Under the pieces are notes generated by a model. The model did not search any database, was not told where the DNA came from, and saw only the letters and a list, made by a program, of their open reading frames with translations. Of a DNA stretch of 20,000 bases, positions 10,719 through 20,000 are shown piece by piece. The stretch is from Catajapyx aquilonaris (taxonomy: Eukaryota), in the NCBI GenBank assembly GCA_000934665.2, contig JYFJ02001637.1:53775-73774 (forward strand), read 5' to 3'. How positions within the stretch are numbered: position 1 is the stretch's first letter; the number at the start of each line of letters is the position of its first letter. Position numbers and translations under genes: made by a program.

Positions 10719-10903
10719 CTATCGGTCTCAATTAATTTTGGCCACTTTAGGATCTGGAAGCAACCCTAGCTAGACCACGTGGACCTAGGCCTAACTAGGC
10801 CTAGGTCCACGTGGCCTAGCTAGGGTCCTCCTCACTGTGGGGCCTGTGCGAAGAGTTGCTTCAAGACCAGGATAAAGTGGCCGAAACTAATTGAGACCGA
10901 TAG
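10719..10903. mobile_element. TA-flanked MITE family A, copy 1 (Tc1/mariner-superfamily type)
   Basis: 31-bp TIRs CTATCGGTCTCAATTAATTTTGGCCACTTTA (10719-10749) and 10873-10903 match at 29 of 31. TA lies at 10717-10718 and 10904-10905. A second copy is at 15023-15133. Confidence 0.85.
10763..10826. repeat. 64-bp near-perfect palindrome inside MITE A copy 1
   Basis: ACCCTAGCTAGACCACGTGGACCTAGGCCTA-AC-TAGGCCTAGGTCCACGTGGCCTAGCTAGGGT; 30 of 31 bp pair around a 2-nt centre. Confidence 0.95.
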
Positions 10904-11744
10904 TACATACAAAGTATGAACTTTTGTACGTTTGAACCGGTTGAACAGGTGGCTCAGTTTGTGTTCCACTAAAATATATTTTCATGAAAATCCACGCTTC
11001 ATTGAAACTTTGCCGACACATTTCTGACAGTCCAAAGTTGCTGCCAACTTTTGCGGCAAAATCGCACAAAGGAGCCTTGCCAAACCGGGCTTCGCCCCTC
11101 CCCCTCCAAAAAAACCGGGCCTCCGCAACTTTGAGTCTAACAAGTAAGTTATAGCCTTATCCCCCGTCTTTTCTCGCCAATTTGTTACACACAGGGAATG
11201 AATGATTTCATTTCGGTCTGGCAATGCGGTTGAAAACTGAGAGCCGAGTTTCCTGAAGCTTCTTATCTCATTTCCTCATGTCTTTCTCACTCCCTTTTAG
11301 CCCCCCCCCTCCCCTCCCCNAAGGAAAAACGGAGGAAGAAACTGTGTTGTGCCAAGTTTCCGACAGTATTGTAACGTATATATAACCAGGCATTGCACTT
11401 TGATCGAGAGTGTAACTCCCGTGAAAAGTAAAAGTGTCAGAAAAGAAAACTTTTTGGTCGTGAGAAAGGGATTTGTGGAAGTCTAATGAATAAGAAATGG
11501 GCGGTGGAAAGTTTGTCATCCCCTTGAATATTGCAGTGATTTTCCCACCTCAAATCCGGCTGGAAAACACCGACTAAGTACACTATAAAAAATCAATTTG
11601 TAGTGCACACTATAAGGCTCGATAATGCGATAAAGTGGGCATAAAGATAGCGTGTGTCGCTTAAAACTGCCAATAAGTCACGGCTCTATTGTATGCTTTT
11701 TAAAAGGAGCCTACTTTAGGCTAAGTGCATTTTCACCGAAACTA

Positions 11745-11829
11745 TAGTAAGGGTGAAAGTCGCATGCATGTCCTGCACTAATCCCTACTGAGTCAGTGCA
11801 GTGGATGCATACAAATTTCACCCTTACTA
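11745..11829. mobile_element. 85-bp hairpin, probable small MITE
   Basis: TAGTAAGGGTGAAA (11745-11758) / TTTCACCCTTACTA (11816-11829) is a perfect 14-bp IR, with inner ATGCAT/ATGCAT and CTGCACT/AGTGCAG pairings. It begins and ends in TA, a possible TSD. Confidence 0.6.
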
Positions 11830-12344
11830 GTTTTGTAGTTAGGGTGTTTCTCATTGGGACCGCAGCATGCGTCTCAGTCTATCGGCCTACTTGAAGATAT
11901 TGGCATAATTAAGGAGGATCGGGAGGCGAGAACTGTACCGAAGTTTCTGTGAATCAAGTGCGCCTACGGGAAAGTCTGTAATTAGGCCTAGGGAAAAGCA
12001 AAAATAGAGCGCTAACCATCTTTACACTGCAAGCTCCCCGTGTAATCACCTCCTTGGAAAAGGAGCAGGAAAATGGATCGGGAGACGTCAGTTGCAGGAA
12101 ATTAAGACCTGCATTGACTCAAACGGAGGCTAATTGAGCCTAAAAGGCACGGGAGCTGAATTGGGCCTCCCTCGTTAATGGCATTAGCAGGCAAGGTGAC
12201 GAGAAGAGAAGGTAATGAACACCTCAGGGGTAGGGGGGGGGGGATCCCATCCTATTGAATCCACCAGGTAAGGAGGTCACTCCCCAAGAAAGGCCTCCAA
12301 GAAATCAGGGGGGAAAAAAATCCGATCAGTATTTCTGAAAACTA

Positions 12345-13135
12345 AACCTAATATCAGTAACTAATGCTCTAACCATTGTTACTACTATTTAACCATTACT
12401 AAATAATTTAACTAATATTTTTACTAATATTAGCTCATATTTAACCACTACCAGCTGCTTTAAGGGTTCATGTCCCTTAAAGGATTTAGTAATGGTTAAA
12501 TATTAAATATTAATATTACTTAATGTTAGGACATTAGTTAATGTTATAATATTAGTTAATTTACAGATTACTTAATGTTATGATATTAGTTAATGTTGTG
12601 ATATTAGTTAATGTTGTGATATTAGTTAATGCTAGTTAAATATTAGTTAGTGTTAGGATATTAGTTAATGTTATTAGTTAGTGTTAGGATATTAGTTAAT
12701 GTTATTAGTTAATGTTAGTCAAACTATTAGTTAATGTTCTTAGTTAATGTTAGTCAAACTATTAGTTAATGTTAGTCAAACTATTAGTTAATGTTAGTCA
12801 AACTATTAGTTAATGTTAGGATATTAGTTAATGTTAGGATATTAGTTAATGTTATTAGTTAATGTTAATCAAACTATTAGTTAATAAACACCCATTACTA
12901 GCTGCTGTATTATGAACTACAGTAATAGTTCACTAACTACTATCCTAACATCAACTAATATCCTAAATAATTGTTTAGCTAAAGCAATAGTTTTAACTAA
13001 TTTTAGCTAATATTTTACTCGATTTTAGAGCTGAAATCATGTAAAATGTTAGCTCTAATATTTTATCTGATTTTAACTAATATTCTACCAATTATTTAAC
13101 CATTATTATTACTTCATATTTTGGCTAATATTTTA
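12345..13135. repeat. AT-rich variable-unit minisatellite with inverted flanking segments
   Basis: Core TATTAGTTAATGTT with variable linkers gives 13-, 18- and 22-bp units over ~12505-12885. Opposite-strand degenerate units (ACTAATAT) lie at ~12345-12450 and ~12930-13135. Confidence 0.9.
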
Positions 13136-13887
13136 AGCTGAAAGTTTCTCCATCCGTTGATGTTTGACACAAAATTCGCAAATATTTGCGAGGTTTAGCG
13201 CCCTACTTTTTTTTTTTTGCGAAATGTGACGTCGATATTAGAGTTAGTGTATGGCAGACGTTGGCGGTGCCGACGCGTGCAGGCCGCCGCCTAATCACCC
13301 TGGACATTTGGACCATGGCTACTACGAGCAGGGGCTGGCCGCCCATTTCTCTTTATGTAAGTCCGGCACGAAACCAGCGGGCGATTAACAGGGTTGTCAG
13401 CCTTTTTGCCTCACCCGGTAGTTTTGCAAAGGCACATATTAAAATTGCGAGGGGGTATAAATAGTATAGCGCCGGAGGGAATAGCCTAAGATTCCAGAGT
13501 AAACATGTGTTCATACACATGTCTAATTCCTTTTACATCGCGAAAACCTCCCACTAAAGCGTTACTTTGCCGGGTTAATTAAGCCAAATTAGCGGTTTTG
13601 ACAAGAGAAGACTAATTAGTACCATTACAGCTCCACCTTCTAGAGAGTGCTGGGGGGGGGGGGGGGGNGGGAGTTGGGTTGATGGGGAAGAGAGGGGGAG
13701 ATATGTCATCAACATCAGCCTCGTCATCACGACAGTGGTGGGCGGTGTCGTTTTCCAGTGGCGAGAAGAGAAGCGTGCAAGGAAAGTGGATCACAGCCCA
13801 GCAAGGGGGCATCAAGCTACTCATTTACTATCTGAAAGTGGAACTATCCCAGAGGCCAACTGCAGAACACACGCATTTTTGCTAGTA

Positions 13888-14131
13888 CAGTGCTGGACAT
13901 TAATTCCGTCATACTGCTAGCGACATTTTCTGATGCGGCAGACGTGCACATCGAAGAGCCGTGCGAGTAAGAAATGGTAGCCCTTGGGTGACGTCACTGG
14001 CTGGGGACAAGCCGTTTCTCCGTCACTCAAGGCCTACCTCTTCTTACTGGCACGGCTCACCGCTTCCATTTGCACTTCTTCCGCATCAGAAAATATCGCA
14101 AGCAGTATGACGCGATTAATGTCCAACACTG
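13888..14131. mobile_element. Tc1-like MITE family B, copy 1 (244 bp)
   Basis: TA|CAGTGCTGGACATTAAT...ATTAATGTCCAACACTG|TA, with ~100-bp imperfect TIRs. The CAGTG terminus and TA duplication are typical of Tc1/mariner/pogo elements. No transposase ORF. Confidence 0.92.
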
Positions 14132-14568
14132 TACATATTATAGGCCTACTGTATACGATGTGGGTTGAAAATTTTCAAGCTGACGGAAATAGTGATTTTT
14201 CCCTGGTGTTACACCCAGTGGAGGATGAGTCCCCTGGACCCCGAGTTGGGTAGTCTGGTCACACTGGGAGGGAATGTTCGGTCCGTCCTCCCCGCTTCTC
14301 CCTCCCCCAGTACCAACCAGCATACCCTCCCCCCCTCTTCTCACCTTAATGGGAATGGCGCCAGTCCTAAAAATTTTACGCCTCGCAGTAGGCCACTGTT
14401 TCCACTGGACCATTCCCACTCTTTTTTTTTTGTCCAACCCGGGGTCTGTCAGTCGGAGAGAAGTCGGGATTTGTAATCCAGACCGGGCACGTAACATTAC
14501 GTACCGAGCCCAGCCATGGTTAATATTCATCCATGCAACTCAGCGGAGCGAACGTACAGAGAAAGAGG

Positions 14569-14586
14569 GAGAGAGAGAGAGAGAGA
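14569..14586. repeat. (GA)9 microsatellite
   Basis: Direct reading of the sequence. Confidence 0.85.
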
Positions 14587-15022
14587 AATATGTCACTGCC
14601 ATACCCCACTTTCGACAGAGTTTTAGGTATATATAATTTGTATCGTCCTGGTGGAAACCGAGGTATCGCCCCCTCTACAAAAAAAAAAATTCGGCTAACT
14701 AAAATTTAACTCCATAAATTTCAATCACACGGTTACTAAGCGCAGGAGGCGTGAAAAAGCTCCCAAAAAAACTGCAACAACTGTGGTGCAACATCAACAG
14801 AAGTTGCCAAAGTTTGTTTAGCAACATGGTGTGTTTATGTGGCTATTATTACGGTCCACTTATGGTCAGCCTGTGCGAACTGCTGGTCTCTACGTGGTTA
14901 TGCGGGTTTTCTGGGGGGGTTCACTCATTTCCACTAAAATTAATCCCCATCATCAAAATCTTGATATAATTATTATATCAAGATTTTGCATCAAGACTAT
15001 AGAAGACCAGATGACAAGGTGA

Positions 15023-15133
15023 CTGGTCTTGAAGCAACCCTTCGCACAGGCCCCACGGTGAGGAGGTGTATGTGTGCGTGAAGGGTTGCTTCAAGACCAG
15101 GATAAAGTGGCCATAAGAATTTGAGCCCCATAG
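15023..15133. mobile_element. TA-flanked MITE family A, copy 2 (left end truncated, opposite orientation to copy 1)
   Basis: 15023-15066 matches the reverse complement of 10827-10870 with 2 mismatches. 15080-15133 matches the right arm of copy 1 and ends ...ATAG|TA. There is an internal perfect 21-bp IR at 15023-15043 / 15080-15100. Confidence 0.85.
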
Positions 15134-16496
15134 TACTGTACGTAAATGCTTTAAAAATATTTGTTTTTATAGTCTATGGTCTATGCATTAGGCTCTGTTT
15201 TATGGGCAGGCGACTGTCAGGATAAATAGAGAGTTGATATTCTATTCTTTTCGTTTTTGGCTTGCTTTCAGCTCTCCTAAATACCCAGGAGTCTAGCAGT
15301 AACCATAAAAACAGGGTAGTTCCAGGAATGGGGAGGGGGTGGGGGCAATTTTTTATGAGCTATTAGTTATTCTTAACGCGACACTAACAGATGGAATAAA
15401 GGGGTAGGTAGCAGTCAGTTGAGCCTAGTACATGCTGTCAAGGAAATACTTGATGGGGGTCAAATGTGTACAAATTATGGAAACATGTGTCCAAGTCACA
15501 ATTTGAGCAATTAAAATATTGAAGTGATGGAATATTTCAGAATTATTTGAAGTAAATTATTGAAACCTATTGAAGATGAATTCTTCCCTCCCCCTGCAGT
15601 GTCTGTGTCCATAATTTTTTTTTGAACGCACAGTAGCACCCTGTAGTCCTCCATTTCCAAAATCTTCCCTCAGGCCAGCCTTTCCCCCCATCAGCAGGCA
15701 TTATCCCCCATCTGTCTTAGCACACCCCCACACACTTGTGGCCTTCTCCACAAAAACCTCTCCAACTTGCAGACATCTATCTGTCCCTCCCTCCCACTCC
15801 TCTTTTCCTTTCCTTCCCCCTGGAGGAGGGAAGAGGAGGAGGACAGGCAGCAATCGATGCATTTCCAAGCAGCTCCGCGCTTTTGGGATTCAAACCCACC
15901 AACAGCAGGAAATAGCACTCAGCTTTGCCCCATAACGCATTTTGCACTCTCCTCCCTCCATCTTAGAGAGAGATATCCTCTCTAGCAACCTGCTAATAAA
16001 GCCATCTGTACTTGTCAGCACCACTTCCATGGAACTAATCCCACACTGTGTGACGCACTATGCTTCCATTAGTCCTCCTCTCTATCTATCTAAAGTGGCC
16101 TGCCACACCTCTCCCTCTCCCTCTCTCCAAAGCCTGTCTGCCACATTGACATGTACCGGCTACGTACCGGGGGTACCAATTAAATCATGGCAGGCCCTTT
16201 GGCCTCTGGATTCAATAGAGTGGGATTGATTTATGTGGGAACAATGGTGTTTGTCGGATTGGGTGTTATGGGACTCAAATTCGACAAAAAAATTTAACGC
16301 ACTAATGTAAATAGTTCTATTCGTGAAACACACTTATGTGCAACATTTTACAGTGCAACGTGTCCTAATAATACATACGAGCCAATTGCATGCGAATGTA
16401 TTGTCGCCTTGGTCGTACATTACCAGGTGTATTTGCATGAATCATTCGGTACGTAGGGAACGCCCTGCTATTTTTGGGGGGTCACATATGATTGTA

Positions 16497-16566
16497 CAGT
16501 GTGAAAGTAGTTCATGGTTAAAACTTCCCTCAGTCAGGTGTAAAGTTAAAGCGAAACTGTCCACTG
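16497..16566. mobile_element. Possible old 70-bp TA-flanked mini-element abutting MITE B copy 2
   Basis: TA|CAGTG(16497)...CACTG(16566)|TA, with only weak further arm similarity. It shares the TA at 16567-16568 with the adjacent MITE. Confidence 0.3.
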
Positions 16567-16568
16567 TA

Positions 16569-16823
16569 CAGTGTTGGACATTAATCGCGTCATACTGCTA
16601 GCGACATTTTCTGATGCGACGGAAGTGCACATCGAAGTGTGAGCCGTGCGAGTAAGAAAAGGTAGGCCTTGAGTGACTTCACCGACTGCGGGGCAATAGA
16701 GAAAAGACTATCCAAGGGCTACCATTTCTTACTCGCACGTCTCGCACTCTATCACTTCGATTTGCATGTCTGCCGCATCAGAAAATGTCGCTAGAAGTAT
16801 GACGAAATTAATGTCCAGCACTG
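16569..16823. mobile_element. Tc1-like MITE family B, copy 2 (255 bp)
   Basis: TA|CAGTGTTGGACATTAAT...ATTAATGTCCAGCACTG|TA; both arms align to 13888-14131. Confidence 0.92.
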
Positions 16824-17818
16824 TATGAGGCATAAAAGGTTCAAGGTGATGATTGGCTTGAATCTGTATCTCACCTAGGTGCATGTAGTATTAGTGTCAT
16901 CTGGTGTCACCTGGCAAAGTCCGTCGAACTCTAAACCACGCCCATTCACATTTCGCCCTATCTCCCTGCACTTACACCCTGTAGCTCGGTTCCAAAACGA
17001 TCCGTGGTATATATGCACGTGCCCATGACGGTTTATTCGAGCCGTTACGGGGATTTAGCCTGCCCACCCCCTCCCCTTCCCCGAACCACTTCCCTCGATA
17101 CATTTTGTCAACAGCCTAAAACTGCTCTCTAATCTGGCGCTTGGTGGCGCGGCCGTAGCACCATGCAAATGGTCGCCTGCAGGCTGGAGACAGCGGCAAT
17201 TAGCGCCCACGATGCTTTGCAACCCCCTCTTTTCCTGATTAGCGCAACTTTTCATTAAATCTGCTTATGAATAAAGGGGGTCTGGGCCGGAAAGGGATAC
17301 TTAGAGGGTACGATCGAGCGTGTGCGCTTCGGGACGAGGTTAATTAGAAAACGGAAGGGTAAGAAGCGGGATTTAACTTAGGTACCGTTCCAAAATATAA
17401 GCCCAGAAAGGGCAAGAAACGGACTGTCGAACACGATTTTCGTTGCTGAACTTAGGTGTATTCAGCCAATCATAAGCCTCCATCTTTTTTTTTTAACGCT
17501 ATGTTATTTTAGACCAAACCAGAGTGCTCCAAAAGTAAATCCTGTCTGTAGGGACACCTTTGCCCGACATGTCTTTCGGTGGCAGTAACGTAGAAATAGT
17601 GAAGTGTATAAGAAGCTGGTGGAAACCAGTGGGGCGTGTGTCTCAGAAAATGAGTCTGGCCTGGTTTTCCCTTGCCTAGATCGCTTCGGAAGATTGCTAG
17701 GATAGAGACTAGAATCCCTAGCAACATTTTCTTCCACCTCTCAGCCTCTCATGCCTTTCATTTCCACTCGCATTGAATCGTGTCTTCTACCAAAAGCAGG
17801 ATTTGTAGTCGACATTTT

Positions 17819-17857
17819 TTGTTGTTGTTGTTGAAAAGCACCATGTTGTTGTTGTTG
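17819..17857. repeat. Interrupted (TTG)n microsatellite
   Basis: Two (TTG)4-5 runs separated by AAAAGCACCA. Confidence 0.7.
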
Positions 17858-18184
17858 GTTCAGCCGACATCCCAAACAGTAACGCCGTAAACAAGCCGTT
17901 TGAATTGAATAGTTCCAACTCGGTTCTTTTAATTCTGGCGGCCCTAATTCTAATTTATTGGTGTTCTGCGCGCCCCACCAGATGATTGGAAGTTGAATTT
18001 TTAATCTGCGGTATAATTTCCCAACGGCCGCTTAATCCAATAGGAGCCCCTAAGTTCTTTACGCCTGATTGATTGATTCATGCGCGTTATCTACTAGGGA
18101 AAACTAGGATTCTAACAAGTGTTGTGCACGAAACTCGTCTGGTTATGCAAATGAGGGAACTTCTACTTGATATACTATTGGAAC

Positions 18185-18850
18185 AAGTAGCTATTTTAGG
18201 AATACGTATTATTCAATAGGAGCGACTTTTCAGTAAATACGATTTTAGTAACAGTGATTTTCAGTAGCTATTTTCAGAATCAGTTCAAGTAATGTCAATT
18301 TTAATAACTGATATTTCAGTAACAGCTGTTCTCAATAACAGGGATTTGTGGTAACTATGACTTTCAGTATAATGATTTTCCACAGTAATAGTGACTTTTC
18401 AGTAAATCTGTAAGTGATTTTAGTGGCTATTTTCAGTAGTAGGTATTTCAAGTAATAGCGGTTTTAAAAACAGTGATATTTTATTAAATGCTATTTTCAA
18501 TTAGTGATTTTAGTCATTATTGACTGTCACTAACAATGATTTCTCGCATTTTCAGTTATTTTCAGTAATAGTGGTTTTAATAAATGCTATTTGCAATGCG
18601 TGATTTTTAGTCATGACTTTCACTAACAGTGATTTCCCGAATTTTCACTGTTATTTTCAGAAAGAACGGTTTAAATAACTGATATTTTAGTTAATGATAT
18701 TTTCAATGCATGGTTTTTAGGCATTATGACCACGATTATGACTTTCAGTAGCAGTGATTTCTCGGATTTTCAGTTATTTTTAGTAGCTGTGTTTTTTCCG
18801 TAATAGTAGTGATGTTCCAGGAATGAATATTCCCAGTAGTAGCGATTTCC
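18185..18850. repeat. Degenerate AT-rich satellite with higher-order repeat
   Basis: Many TTTTCAGTAA / CAGTGATTT subunits. Three longer ~95-110-bp units start near 18485, 18581 and 18692 (T(A/T)AATG(C/A)TATTT..CAAT...TGACT.TCA.TA.CA.TGATTTC.CG.ATTTTCA). Confidence 0.8.
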
Positions 18851-19639
18851 ATTCTGGTCCACAGTTATTAGAAAGTGTCAGGTGCTTCTCCAGAAAAAAC
18901 AGTGCACAAGTTGGAATACATGGTTACATCATTAATCAAGTAACGAGGAGGCGACCCCTCGGTTTCTAATTACCAAGTCTCATTAGGACTATTAATTACT
19001 GTGCGCAATGCCGAGGAGCAAATTCCAGCCTCACCACTCGATAAACTACTACCACCATGTTATTAACCGTCCCCCCCCCCCTCTCCACTGGCAATTTTTC
19101 CCTATACCCATCGTGTATATATGTACCCAAAAAAAAAGTGTGTGAAATTCTGACCCGTAGAGGAATCCGGGACTGAATGAGCTTGTCCACCCCCCAGCAC
19201 CCAACCCTTGCCCCTCCTCTGCCCCCGAGAGGCGTCGAGTGCTGAGAGCGCATTTATGCCCCCGGACCAGAGAGCTAATCTGGAGAGCTCCAGCAGAAAT
19301 GGAATTCCTCTCTCTTTCCCTTTCCCATGGAATTCCTTTCTCTCTTTTTTTCCCAACCAGGCCATCTTGCACCGTTGACCGGGATTTTACAGCACTCGCC
19401 AGACGTCCCTGATTCTCTTGGCATTACTGCTAAGCGACACTTGACTTATCGAGTTTTTTCCCTCTCCAAATCCAACTGTCGAAAGGTGGGGAAAAGTTCG
19501 CATTAAAAAATGGAGGAGGCTATCATAAAGTTTTACTGGTATTCAAAATCACGTTAGTTTAAAAATTAAGAAAATACAATTTGCGAACTCAAAATCCAAA
19601 ATTTTCGAGTTTTACCCAGGTTTAGTTACAATGTTTAAA

Positions 19640-19900
19640 ATTTTCATCCATCCTAATTTTTAAGTGTTCTAATGTTTTTAATTTTCTTAAGCTGATATTT
19701 TAATTTTATTATATCTTGAATTAGTATATTTTTACATTTTAATTTTATTATATATTTAATTTATTATATTTAACATTTATAATTTTAAATTTTAATTTAA
19801 TTTTGGTTTTAATTTAATTCTTATATTTTAATTTTGTTTTATATTTTTGATTTATTACTATACTCTATTTAATTTATTATTATTATACTGTATTATTATA
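19640..19900. repeat. Extremely AT-rich low-complexity tract
   Basis: Almost entirely A/T, with recurrent TTTTAATT and TTATTATA. Confidence 0.85.
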
Positions 19901-19903
19901 CTG

Positions 19904-20000
19904 GGTTTCTCTGACTGGTTTAACATTAGTGTTGGGGTTAAGCAGGGTTGTGTCATGTCTCCCTGGTTATTTAACTTGTACTTAGATGCATGTGTAAGGG
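19904..20000 (+). mobile_element. 5'-truncated non-LTR retrotransposon (RTE-like LINE), reverse-transcriptase fragment continuing beyond the window
   Basis: Open frame from 19904: GFSDWFNISVGVKQGCVMSPWLFNLYLDACVR. This contains the non-LTR RT motif GVxQGCxxSPxLFNxYxD, and the QGCVMSPWLFN form is typical of RTE-clade elements. It is too short for the ORF track. Confidence 0.88.

Noticed and set aside
12460..12480. TTAA-GGG...CCC-TTAA as a piggyBac or Kolobok element
   Set aside because: Only 13 bp lie between the TTAA sites, and the termini are the reverse of piggyBac's CCC...GGG.
13176..13191. Small palindromes such as TCGCAAATATTTGCGA (also 471-490, 4318-4333, 13504-13523) as terminators or operators
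   Set aside because: They are too short and isolated, and prokaryotic terminator logic does not apply to this sequence.
13651..13672. Long poly-G/C runs, some containing N (also ~4555-4569, 5199-5212, 11301-11320)
   Set aside because: Homopolymer runs with ambiguous bases have unreliable lengths, so I make no G-quadruplex or other functional claim.
15640..16150. Purine-rich minus-strand region with CGEGHK (zinc-knuckle-like) word
   Set aside because: The CCHC spacing is incomplete and there are many stops, so a gag/ORF1 relic cannot be supported.

Overview
Eukaryotic, probably invertebrate-animal, intergenic or intronic DNA; the taxon is an inference from the repeat content. I see no credible intact protein-coding gene, RNA gene or CRISPR array, and the supplied ORFs look like chance ORFs. 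The window is a patchwork of small non-autonomous DNA transposons and hairpins. These include two copies of a Tc1-like MITE (13888-14131, 16569-16823), two copies of a second TA-flanked MITE (10719-10903, 15023-15133) and a 72-bp hAT/Charlie-like MITE (7201-7272). There are also several tandem arrays and a 5'-truncated RTE-type LINE reverse transcriptase fragment running off the right edge. The most unusual structures are a 64-bp nested palindrome inside one MITE copy, four hairpins packed into about 300 bp at 7.05-7.36 kb, and a symmetric YY1/CRE/octamer hairpin at 9.6-9.7 kb. Also notable are a palindrome-bearing 50-bp array next to a coding-like relic and a minisatellite that flips strand polarity twice. 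I found no convincing evidence of a new multi-gene system.
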